From contig JAPYYK010000093.1 in the NCBI GenBank assembly GCA_028534125.1, forward strand, positions 1,364,001 through 1,428,000: 64,000 nucleotides of DNA. The letters run 5' to 3'. The notes below the pieces were generated by a model that was given only the letters and a program-made list of their open reading frames with translations, did no database searches and was not told where the DNA came from. The position numbers were made by a program, and so were the translations under genes. The stretch comes from Lama glama. Taxonomy: Eukaryota. Below, piece by piece: positions 47,641-64,000 of the stretch; position 1 is the stretch's first letter, and every line of letters starts with the position of its first letter.

Positions 47641-50600
47641 AGCCCCTAGGTAGGAGAGCAGCTGCTTCGGGAGGGGCTCAGTTGAGTCTTGTGGGGGAAA
47701 TGCTTCAGTCCAAATCAGATTCTCTCTTGAGTCTCTGAGTGCCCCTTAACCCTTGAAATGCTCTGCCCTCACCTCCCTGAAGCCAGAAGAGGCTCTTCAG
47801 CCAAGAGGAGTGGGAAGAGGGCCACGTTTAACCTCAGTGACGGGTGCTCTGAATGGGGGAGTTTCAGATATCACTCAGGCACAAAATGTCTTTCTGCCTG
47901 CCTCACCCTTCCCAAGCAGAAATGGGATAGGGTGAGGACAGGGCCTCCCTCATCAATTCTTCTGTCTTCACCCCAGATATTCAGAAGAGATTGAGGGTAG
48001 ACAAGGGTAGGGGCAATGAGGACGGGAGTAGAGTAAGGCCAGGCTCATGCTGAGCCCTGCCTGGAATCTCCCTGGCCATGCCTCCCCACCCCATTTTCTT
48101 ATTTCTAAGGAGTAGGAGGCAGCTGTGTCTGCCCATGGGAAGTGGGGCCTGGGAATTGGTGCCTTGGGGAAAGGGGTTGTAGGGTGGCCCTGTTCTTGGC
48201 TGGGGGCTCCTATCCCACCCCTGCCTCCTTCCCACCCAAGGCCTTGGTGCTCAGAGGTGGGAGTGGGTGTTAAGCCCTCCCACCCCAGGCACAGCCAGCA
48301 GGGAGCTGGGGGAGGTCTTGACCTTGGGGGTGAGCTGGTGGGGGGGATTCCCAGAACAGCTGTGTCCCTTGCTTCTCAGCCACTGGCTCTGATCCGATTA
48401 ATCCCATGGCCTCTGCTGTTCCCAGCCACTGGATGTCTCTGTGTCATGTCTGCCCCCCTCCCTGGTGCTGGGGAGAATACCCTGGGAGGACTGTCCTCGC
48501 CCCTCCCCTGCCCTGGGCTGGGAGTCAGGACTCCAGAGTTCTCTTCCTACTGACTCACAGCACCACCACAGTCAAACCCTAGCTTACCTCAGTTTCCCTC
48601 TGTGTCACAAGGAAATGTTTCTGTCTTTTCATCTGGCCTGAGGGAGTAGGGGTAGGGGGAAGCTCTGAGTGCCGAGCCGGCAGGGGACTCGGTTTCAGCT
48701 AGGAGTGCAGAGGAGGGGCTGGGAGGACTAAAGAGAAAGGCATTAGGATGGTGCAGATCCTTGAAAATCTCAAACCATCCAAGCTCCTGCCCTGCTGATG
48801 GCTGAAAAATAGGAAGTGATGGGTTCTCCCTCTCAGTTTGGAGCTGGTGTAATCCCCAGATCACAGCTTACCTTGGCCATGAGAGACTCCAAAGGGGCTT
48901 GAGGACTGCCTATGGGACAGAGACAATAGGAGAGGCGCTGACCGGGTCTGACTCAGGTCTGCCCCCCACCTACCACCTCCAGACATCCTGGATGCTCACA
49001 GAAGCCATTTGCAAAGGGCTAGGAGCGCCTACTGGTAATTTCTGAGGAGTCAGGCATGGCTTCAAGTTCACCTAGCATGTGGGTGTTGGGGTCCTCAGTC
49101 CAGACTGGAGGGATCAGGGGCCAGCTGGGCTGGGCTGCTGTGGGAGGCCCAGAGGCAGTATGATGTGGGGTCCTGGGCCAGGCCAGTTGTGGCCAGGCTG
49201 AGAGGAGGAGCTGCCTGTTTGTTGATGCTACGGCCTGGGCCCCAGCCAGGGCAAACACAGCTTGGAGGCCTTTTCCGCCACCTGCTGAGTCTCCCAGCCC
49301 AGCCTGAGGTGGCTGGATGGCTGGCATCCGTTATGGGGCTATGAGAGGTACCGAGCACCTTCTTCCAGGGGCCAGAGGGAATGTCCACCCCCGCAGCTGC
49401 CGTGTTGGGGTCAGCCACCTGCGTCAGCCTTCAGCCCAGCCCCCTACCTCCACTCCCCCATCTCCAGAAATGGATACACAGGCCCAAGATGCTATCAGAC
49501 ATGTGAGGCAGAACTTAGGGTCCCAGGATCACTTGGACCCTCCTTCCAGGATCCTGGCAGCCCTTTGCTTTGCTTCTCTCTCTTTAGTCACATCTTCTCA
49601 GCTTCCAGCTAGGCAGTCTCCTCTCACCATGCCAGCCCCTCCCCTGGCACATCACCTACACAGTGCCCCAAGACCCTCTCTGACAGTGAGGCCCCATCTT
49701 CACCTCCAACCCAGATCCTAGCATCTGTATCCACTGACTCCTCAGACCCCCTGCAGGCACCTGCCTCTCACCCAGCTGGCCTCCCTGACATCCTCCCGAC
49801 CTGCTCCTCATCCCAGTTGGCATCTTCACCTCCTCTGCTGCCTGGCTGGCCGCATACATTCCTGCTGTTTGAAGAATGTGCCAGCCTTCAGCTCCCTGTG
49901 CTTCTGCCCTCCTGGTTCCCCATCGTGTCCCACCTCCTTGGCGAATTCTCACTTGTCCCTCAACACCCAAATAGAAGATCAGCTCTGAGAACCCAGCCTG
50001 ACTCCCAGGAAAAGCTGGCTCTTCCTAGACGTACTGCGACTGCTCTGGCCCTCCCTGCACTCAGCCCCAGCCTCAGTGTCTCGGAGAGCTCTGTGTGGGA
50101 CCTCTAGACAGGAAAGCTCCTGCCAGCTTAGAGCATGTGGATCAGGAAAAGCCTGATGGAGGAGCAGTCTGTGGGCTTGACTCTGCCAAGGCAAAGAAAG
50201 GCCCCTGCCAGCGTGGGGAAGAGAGGGCACTGTGGATGGAAGAAATGGCTTTGCCACAGGGAAACTTGAGTGTGAGTGTGGGATGAGCACCAATAGGTGG
50301 AGGGCTGTGTGCAGAGGCAGGACCCTTGGACTGGAGTCATGTGGAGGGCTTTCAAGGCCTCACAGGGGAGGGTGGTTCTCACCTCCACACCCACAGCTTC
50401 TGACTACACTCTGCCCAGTTTGGTATCTGGGAGGCTCCTCTCCGCATGAGCAGAGGTTTAGAGGTATGGAAGTAGAAAGGGGACCCACAGGCAAGCCCTC
50501 TTGTCTAGTTCTCCCCTGGCCTGTGTCCCCAGAACTGCTGGTGACCTCTTGGCTGAAGCCTGGCCCCCCGTCCCAGAGGGCCCTCCTTTTCTCTCCTGAG

Positions 50601-51989
50601 AGCTGGCCCCCAGCTTCTGTGGCCACTGAAGCAGCTTAATGAGCCCAGGGCACATGGGCCATGCCACTGCCTATGGGGAGGGCTCAAGCCCCCAGGGCCA
50701 CCCGACCAGGTCCTGACATCAGCAGCATTAACCATCCGCCAGGCCTGCCTAATTTCTGGTCGGTGGCCAGGCCAGGTCAGTCCCACCAGAGCCAGAGTTG
50801 AAGGCCGAGAAGATCCCCACCTGGAGGCTGAGGTCAGGCAGGGAAGTTAGTGGCTGGAGGTGACCACAGTAAACACCCCTCACCTCCAAGACTAGGGTGT
50901 GGCTGCCGCTGGGCCAACTCTGGGCCAGTTCTCTCTGATCCTCCACCCTGGACTGTGAATCAGGCATTGGGCATCCATTGATCCTGCTCCTTATGCTGTA
51001 ATTATACCAGTGTGGTGATTGGGGCTGGGGAGGCTTTGGGCCGGGAGACTCCGAGGCAACCCTATGATCCTTGCTGCCCATAGACAGGGCAGCTTGAGGC
51101 CAGGCAGCGTCCCTAGTACATGGGGTCCAAGAATGTTGGTCTTTAATCCCAGTCCCTGGGATCAGAACCACACTTGGAAAGGGACTCACTGGAGCGTGGA
51201 GTCCAGCCTCTGCCTAGTGTTTGACCTTCTCTCTGTCCCTTCCCCAGAGAAGGCTGGGGAGATCATTACTTTCCTTGCAAGACACAGTGGCTTCACGGAA
51301 GACCCCAGTAGCCCACCTCTCCTGACAGCTTCCTACGTCTCAAGCCTGCCAGCTCCAGCTCCTCAAGGCCACCATCTTCTGCCTTGAGCCTCCCTCTAAA
51401 ATCTCTCCATCACTCTCACCTGCGCCACCTCTCACCAGTAAACTGGGCAGAGGGTCCTGAGTAGGGATGAATAACCCTAACTCAGCCAGGCCCCAAACCA
51501 TCCAGTGGAGGTCCTGAAATACTGGCCTGAGACCCATGCTCCCCTCAGGCCTCTGAACAGCACCACCTTGGCTGACCACGTGTCCTGGGCTCCCTAACCC
51601 ATCCCGTGTCTCCCCCAGTCTGTGCACAGGCCTGAGTACCCTCACTCTCCCCTTCCAGCCCCCTTAGGCTCACAGCGCCACTCTCCACCTGGACATTGAG
51701 GTTGCTGCCCATTTGCTACCTTCAGCCCAGCCACAAGGATCTGTCTTACTTTTGGACATCTCCCCCAAGTGGCCACCGGCCCAGAAAACTCAGTCCCTTC
51801 AACAATCCTCTGTAATCCCAGCTCGGTGGAGGCATCACATGCACAGATCCAGACCCCTGTCACTGAGTCCCATTCCTTGCTGATACTGGCCCCATGGGGA
51901 ATGAGGACATAAGTCTCTTCCTCAGGGATCCCATAGCCCCATCCTCTCTCCTCTCTTCCCCCATGCCCCGCCCCCAGGAAAAATGTGTG

Positions 51990-52464
51990 CCCCTATACAT
52001 GTGTTTTTATGAAAATTTTTAATGACTTTTTTTTCTAGAAGCAGATTTGGAAAATATCATTGAAGATTTTATTTCCATTCAAGCCAGGAAAATAATATTA
52101 TAAATTTTGTTTTTGGTAGAAATAAAATAATTAAGCTTAAAGTCATGTTGTGAGTTTTCATATAACTACTTTCAATTTTTTTCAATGTTTTTTCCTCTAA
52201 TGTTCTGTTAAAAAAAATTAACCTTTAAAACTGCATAAAAACATATATAGGGTTGGACATTTTTCCTTTTGCTTCAGGATCCAAGATGGCTCTCCAGGGC
52301 TCACTTGGATCTTTATTTAAAATTTGGATATTTTGTTCATCATGGATTTTTTTGGTAGTAATTTTGATTTTTAAAATACTTCAGTAATATCTATCTAAAT
52401 TACTGAATCTTTCAACACCACCCTAAATTTTGCAGCTGAAGTGAGAGCCTCACTCCTGGCCCTG
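51990..52464. mobile_element. AT-rich non-autonomous DNA transposon relic (hAT, MER96B-like)
   Basis: Abrupt AT-rich island; TTTTGTTCATCATGGATTTTTT...AATTTTGATTTT...CCCTAAATTTTGC...GCCTCACTCCTGGCCCTG resembles a hAT MER terminus. Family assignment is from recall and needs RepeatMasker. Confidence 0.5.
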
Positions 52465-52904
52465 CAATTATGTCCTAGCTTCGAGGGCTTCCTGGACCCA
52501 TCATCTTCTGCAGGAAGCACAGGCCCTCAGGCTGGCACTTGGCACCTGCCCACTGTCTCCCCACGCCACCTCCCCTTCCTCGCTCCTGCTCCATTGAACA
52601 CTCATGGCCCACAAGCCCATGATCCTGGGCCTTCTACACCCTACTGCCTCTGCTGGAATGAGCTTCCACCTCGCAATCCCCTCTTGATACAAGACCGTCC
52701 CTGTGAATGTTTCCCACGACTCCTCAACCCCTCTCAAGAGGCACAAGTTGATCCCATGCCCCAAGAGTGCCCCTGCCAAGTCAGGTCAGGTGCCTCTCTC
52801 TGGAAGGGACCATCTTCCCACTTATGTCCAGCCGGCACTGTGCACTTAATAAATGCCCATGAGTCATGATAATGAATGCTCTCCCCCTCCCCGTAAGAAA
52901 GGAC

Positions 52905-54180
52905 AGCTGGGGCCTGATGCAAAGGTTTATTGCTGAGTCTGTGCATCTAGCTGAAGGGAGTGCGAATTATGCCCTGGCCTTGCTAGACAGGAACTCCTTG
53001 TCCTTGTGCAGCACAGGCCCTGGCCCGTGGGCATCAGCAAGGACTCAGTGCTTGATGGGGAAGTAAGGAGGAGGGCTGTGGGGACATGGGATTTGTCCCT
53101 GTTGGCTCAGGCATGGCCCTCAGTTTCTCCCACCAGGGAATGGGCCCTTAATGGGAAGGGTGAGAGAAACTGCTGGCAGGGACAGGAGGGCCACCTGAGT
53201 TTGCTTGTGACCCAACCTGAGGTAGACTCCTCTGGGCACAACCTGGGCCTCCTTCCTGTCTCAAATCCTCTGTCTCGGACTGATCGATGGGACCCGGACT
53301 CTGCTCCCAGCCACCCCTCAGGACAGTTTGACCATTGGCCACAGCGGTGTCAACAGTACCCTCCCTCAATAGATCATCCCCTTGGCTAGCCAGCCTGGAG
53401 TGCTGTGGGTGGGTGGATGAGGTAGGCTATGAATTCAGTGTCCGAGGATGAAAGGGGCAGAGCCTGTGGGGGAGGAGGTCAGGGTATGTGGGGAAGGGTC
53501 CAGCTTGAATATACGCCTGGCACCCAGGGGCTCCCAGGCCTGCCCCTACTCACTAATTCATCATGTTCAATCTACACAGGCCACAGCTGGCTTGGACTTT
53601 GGACCCCTGAAGCTGCTGGGCGGGGCAGTCACTAGCCACTGGGTAGGCAGGTGTCAGACTTGTCACATGGAGGTGGTAAGGCTAGAATGGGCTGATGGTA
53701 AGCAGCAGGACTGCGTGGAGGAGGGTTTCCTGCCTGCCCTACTGCCCTTTATGAAACTCTGGGAGGGAGGGCTGTTTGCTGAACCCAGACCCACCAGGTG
53801 AATCATGGACCTCCTGGAGCAGGAGAGCCACAGGAGATTGGTCAGTTGGACACTGCTGAGTCACCATGAGCTCTAGCTGCCCCAAGTGCTGCTTGTTTCT
53901 AGCTGAGGCTGGCTATGGTGGGTTGTGGAGGCCAGTGCAGCCAGGCCGTGAAGGGCAGCACTAGGGGTGGGGGTGCCAGGCTCCGGGAGACCTGGCAGTC
54001 CTGGGAGCCATGGGGGAGGGTTAGGGCCTCAAGGCTAGCGGGGCTCAGGGCTTTGGGTCTGTGGCTGGTGGGGCCATAGCCTGGGGCCCAGGAGTCCTGG
54101 GGGCAGATTGGGTCCTGTGGACCAGGGCTACAAGGCGGCTAGGTCTACAGAATCTCAGGGGTACGCATGAGTTCTGGTAC
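52905..54180 (-). other. GNAT1: GNAT1 terminal 3'UTR exon (putative exon 9)
   Basis: Strong acceptor TTGACTCTGCTCCTTTTTCTCTTCACAG|G at 54180; AATAAA at 52931-52926. Confidence 0.65.
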
Positions 54181-54544
54181 CTGTGAAGAGAAAAAGGAGC
54201 AGAGTCAACATTATTAAGCACTAAAATAATTGGGTTTAGGCTGAGAGCGGCAGGAAGGTGGGCTTGGAAGCAGTAGCACCTGGAGGGTTGTGGAGGGGTC
54301 AAAAGGGATTGATTGGGTGGGGCTTGTGAGCAGAGGGTAGGGGCCAGTGGCAGTGGGGTGGAGCCTGGTAGCAGTGGGGTCTGGGAGTTGGGGGCCAGAC
54401 TACAGACAAGTAGAGTGGCTCTGGAAAGCTCGGTGTGGGCCTGCTGTTGAGAGATGGGGTGGCAAGCTGGGAATGAGGCTTGGAGTATTGGGATTAAGGG
54501 GCACGACGACAGGGGAGCGTCCTGGCCCGCGAGGAAGAGCCACC

Positions 54545-57772
<3,228 letters not shown>

Positions 57773-57879
57773 GATCCCAGCAGGAGGCGAAGGAACAAGG
57801 TGGTCAGTTGGCTCTTCTGGATGGAGGGGCTCCCCAGAGCCAGGCTCAGGCCAGCCTCTGGCCTCCCCGGACACCCTTC

Positions 57880-58080
57880 TGATCCCAGAACTGGCAATCA
57901 ACTGGCTGTCCACAGACCTGGGCAAGCCCTGTTGGGGCTGCTTAGGGGGATTTGAGGGTTGTGGGTACCCAAGAGCCAATCAGAGACAAGGACAGGTGAA
58001 TCCAGCTCAGCCCCCAGCCCTTCTAATCGGGCTGGCATGGCCCCAATCCCTCAACTGCTGACTCTGCACCCCCTCTACAC
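57880..58080 (-). promoter_or_regulatory. GNAT1 rod-photoreceptor proximal promoter
   Basis: CRX-type CTAATC at 58023-58028; NRL/MARE-type TGCTGACTCTGCA at 58056-58068; CCAATC elements; no TATA. Confidence 0.75.
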
Positions 58081-58294
58081 TGCTCCCCAAACCCTCTGAG
58101 AGAGACCCTGAAGTCAGTCCAGCCCCTGCTCCAGAGCAGGGAGACCTGGGTCCAGGCTCAGAAAGGGGAGGATAGGGCCTCAAGTCCGGGGGTGGGAGAA
58201 GTGGGGGGTGGGCCTGGCAGCAGGGAGAAGGAGGAGAAGCCCAGCCCAGCACTGGGCTCAAAACTGCTCCTTACCGGCCATAGGGGATGGGTGC

Positions 58295-58400
58295 CCCCCA
58301 TCTTTAACCCCATTTTACTGAAGAGGAAGTGAAGGCTCACAGGGTCACACAGCAGGAGGTGGTTGAGAAGGGCTGAGTGATTCTGGACCAGGGCTCCATG
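58295..58400 (-). mobile_element. MIR SINE fragment
   Basis: CCCCATTTTACTGAAGAGGAAGTGAAGGCTCACAGGGTCACACAGC. Confidence 0.6.
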
Positions 58401-58589
58401 CTTCACAGGGAGTCAAGAGGTAAAGGTGGACATCACGTATGCCCTGTACTGAAGGCTGGTCTCAGCTGGGCAAGGCTTCTACATGCCTCTATGATTCCAA
58501 CGGACTTGGGTGGGCGTGCATGTCTGCTACCTGTACTGGGTGTGTACATCTGTCCTTTACTGGCACCGAGCAAGGCAGTGACATGACAC

Positions 58590-58920
58590 GTTTGTGTATA
58601 TTGTGTGTACACATGTGCCTGTGTGTTGTGTCTATGCTTGCCTGCTTGTTTACCTGTGTGTGTGTGTGTGTGGATATACTTTTGTGTATTTCTCTTCATG
58701 TGCAAGTGTTTGTATGTGGACTTCGCTGTGCTTATCTGGGTTAACATATGCATGTGTGCATGAATGTATAATTCCCTGAAGATGCAATGCACATTAGTGT
58801 GCTCTTGCCTGCGCGTATGTCAGTGTGTCTGTATGCATGAACATCTATGCACGTATCTGCCTGTATGTGTGCATGCTTGCATGTGCCTGTGCCTCTGTGT
58901 ACACTTGTACTTGAGTGTAA
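58590..58920 (+). repeat. TG/CATG-rich low-complexity tract with short (TG)n
   Basis: Alternating purine-pyrimidine TGTGTA/TGCATG repeats. Confidence 0.8.
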
Positions 58921-60179
58921 CAGTCTCTGATCTGCAGAGGTGACCAGGCTCTTCCAGGGGATGTCCTGCAGGCCTGTTGTCAGATGGGGAACCTGAGTCC
59001 CAGAGCAGGTCTGGCGCTCCCAGGGGCATGGAGGAGTGGGGCTCATCTGCCCTGCTCTTCTGTCTCCTGGTGGGCGCTGGGACCTGCCTACAAGTATCTC
59101 TAGGGCACACCTGACTCAGCTCTGGGATCTGAGGTCTGTGTGTGGGTTCAGATGGGGCCGGGTGTGCTGCTGTAAGGGGTTCAACTGAGCATGTAGTGTT
59201 GAGTTCCCACCTCTGGAGATTTGCTACCCACCTCCCTGAGCCACCTGGCTGGACTCCTCGGAAGTCTGGCTGCCTTAGTACTCAACTCTTTTGCCGACCT
59301 AAGAGACCACAAAGGGGTGCCAGGGCCCCAGATATTGAGCATTGAAGACTGTCCCTAAATGTGTGGGAAGTGGATACCAGCTCCATGAGCTGTGGCTTCA
59401 ACATATACCCTGTTGGGTGTGGGGGTATCTGTCCAGGAGCAACAGACAATTTGTGCCACTTTGAGACTTCACGTTCCATTCATCCTCTACCTGCCTTCCA
59501 ACTATGTTGTAAGTGGGCCCGAGAGGTTTGGGAGGGGGTCTCTGAAGCCCCCTACACATTGCCCAAAGGTTTGGGGTGGTACCAACCTTTGGGCAACCAA
59601 CAAAAACCTGGTTTCTACATATTGGGTTTATTTAAAAGGGGACCATTCCACTGCCTCCCAGTCCCCACCTGGTTCCCCTTGCCTGCCAGGTATGGCCCTA
59701 AGCCCTGATGGATCCATGAGCCTTCCGGCTCTTAAATTCCCCTGCCAGGGCTTAAATTCCATTTGGCCCAGGGCCCTCAGCCCCACCTCTTCCCCTCTAG
59801 CAGATTCCACCTCTCCTGGTCTTCCTGACCTCTGGACATTTGCTCCTGCTGGTCCCTCTGCTGAGAGCTGGCTAGAAGGAGGCAGGAAGCATGGGAATTC
59901 TGCTGATTCTCAGGGCAGAGACCACTGAACTGTGAAGGCTATGGCTTTGTCTTGCCAATTCTGAGTCCTTAGTGCCCTGTGGGACACAAAGCCAGGTGAG
60001 AAAGTGGTGTGAACAAATGATCAAACCACTGAATGAGCGAATAGAAGCTGGGCTTGCAGAAGATATCGTGGGGGGACTGGTAGCCAGGCCACATTGTCGG
60101 GGGAGGGAACAGAAGAGACAGAACTTGGGTGTGGGCTGAACCCCATCCTCCCTCCTCTGCCAAGGAGAAAGCCAAAGTC

Positions 60180-61087
60180 TAATCCCAGAGCCAGTGTTTA
60201 TTAGCACGATGGAACCCCAGGAAAGGTGTGGCCTGGGCAGCAGAGGGCCACCAGGAGCCCCCACCCACCTACCCAACTGCCCTTCAGAGCTATTTACACC
60301 CATCATCTGAAGTGGTAGGCAGAAGGGAGCCCTGGGAGCCCCTACTGGCCCCAGGCCTCCATCATGGCTCCCTTCCCCCTCAGCCCTGCCCACACCTGGC
60401 CCCTCTGCTCTCCTCCCAGTCCCATCACGGTGGCACAGACAAAAAGAGGAGGTAGAGTAGCCAGACAGGGAGGGAGGGGGACTGGAGGTGCTGCCCCACC
60501 CAGGTAGGGCTCCTCTCCTCCTGTCCCCAATAAATAAATACCCAGGAAGGGGCTGGCCTTGACTGAGTGCCCCTCTCCCAGGCAGGGGCTGGCATCCTGT
60601 GACGGCCCCGTCTTCCCTTCTCTGAGTACATCTGAGCCCCCACCCCCCACCCCCAGTCTCCAAAACAGTCCTCGCATCCACGTCTATGCCGACGGCGCAG
60701 GCTGACAGCACACACTGGCAGAGGTGTCCAGTCCATGCCCCATCCAGGTAGAGCTCGCTCCCTCCCCGTGTCCGGCAGATCCTGGCAGTGGCTGTTGAGC
60801 AGGTAGACTCCCAGCTGAGCCTGGGGACTGTGGTCCTGGCCTGGCCCTGCCAACTGGCTGGGGCTGGTTAGGTGGGCTCCATTTTCTGTCATCTCTGACC
60901 AGCATGGGTCTAAGTTTTGGACGATGCTGCCGCTGAGGCNNNNNNNNNNNNNNNNNNNNNNNNNNNNNNNNNNNNNNNNNNNNNNNNNNNNNNNNNNNNN
61001 NNNNNNNNNNNNNNNNNNNNNNNNNNNNNNNNNNNNNNNNNNNNNNNNNNNNNNNNNNNNNNNNNNNNNNNNNTCAGACAGCAGGCC
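60180..61087 (-). other. SEMA3F: SEMA3F 3'UTR (contains N-gap 60940-61073)
   Basis: Follows the TGA; AATAAA at 60202-60197; AU-rich element at 60540-60529. Confidence 0.85.
60940..61073. other. Assembly gap (134 N)
   Basis: N run. Confidence 0.99.
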
Positions 61088-63435
<2,348 letters not shown>

Positions 63436-64000
63436 CTGGAACGGGCCAGGCAAGGCCTCAGTAGGGCTGAGGATGCTGGGGAAGGGGCACCAGCCTCAGC
63501 CCCTTCCCCCACCAGGGCCCAAACCCCCAGGGGCAGTGGAGCAGGAGCTCTGTACCAAGGATGAAGAGTTGCCCCAGAAGAGGGGAAGGGGTCTGAGGGG
63601 CTGGCCCAGGATAAAGGGGAGTTTCAGCTAGAGTCCAGCCTTCCGACCCCAAGCCCTCATTCTGGGAAGCTGAGAATGGGATGTTGGAGGTTTTCTTCTG
63701 TGTTGAGGGCTACTGAACAGCAGCGGGGGCACTTGGTGTGTGCACACAAGAGCATGTGTGTCAGTATTTGGACCCATGTATCCTGGAGGCATCTGCCATC
63801 TTCCCCCTTTTCCTGCTCACATGAGTCCCCAGGCACCCAGTCCTGGCCACCAGGGATGGGGTGGGAATGGGGTTTCCCCACCCCTGCTCTCAGTTGTCCT
63901 GGTCATAGAGAAAGCTCCAGAGGATAAAGATGGCAGAGTTGACCTTGACAACCGCGACCAACCCCTGACCAGGGTAGTCCCAGCCCCTGGATCAGCACCC

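Noticed and set aside
57773-57979. Open frame extending 69 codons upstream of the GNAT1 ATG
   Set aside because: It starts at TTG within the promoter, and an extension would block Gly2 myristoylation; there is no upstream ATG.
59872-60711. 279-aa ORF, the longest in the track (likewise 356-1024, 14567-15301, 22323-22988, 27359-28078, 47000-47638)
   Set aside because: Low-complexity P/G/S/R-rich translations with non-ATG or weak starts, no domain motifs and no splice structure; expected by chance at ~60% GC.

Overview
Mammalian, GC-rich, gene-dense genomic DNA, probably camelid judging from two tRNA-derived Vic-1-type SINEs. It is syntenic with human 3p21.31 and read in reverse orientation. 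Four protein-coding genes lie on the minus strand. GNAI2 has CDS 23700->5890, with exon 6 hidden in an N-gap. SLC38A3/SNAT3 is complete (15 coding exons, 504 aa). GNAT1, rod transducin alpha, is complete (8 coding exons, 350 aa). Only the last six coding exons and 3'UTR of SEMA3F are present. All visible exon boundaries were checked for GT-AG and phase. SEMA3B is expected by synteny just left of the window, but no SEMA3B coding sequence is visible. The rest is introns, CpG islands, ancient MIR/L2/hAT repeats, low-complexity tracts and four assembly gaps. I found no new protein-coding system; nearly all other ORFs in the track are GC-rich shadow ORFs. The best leads are regulatory and all are untested inferences: (1) a CTCF architecture with a divergent cluster at ~30.2-30.6 kb, including a 47-bp tandem-duplicated site, that converges on an extended CTCF site in GNAT1 intron 1 and would box in SLC38A3; (2) a perfect HNF4 site in the GNAT1 3'UTR; (3) two candidate SLC38A3 promoters and tandem poly(A) sites; (4) a frame-broken sGi2 tail in the GNAI2 3'UTR; (5) a degenerate ~30-bp GGAATTTCC minisatellite in the last SEMA3F intron.
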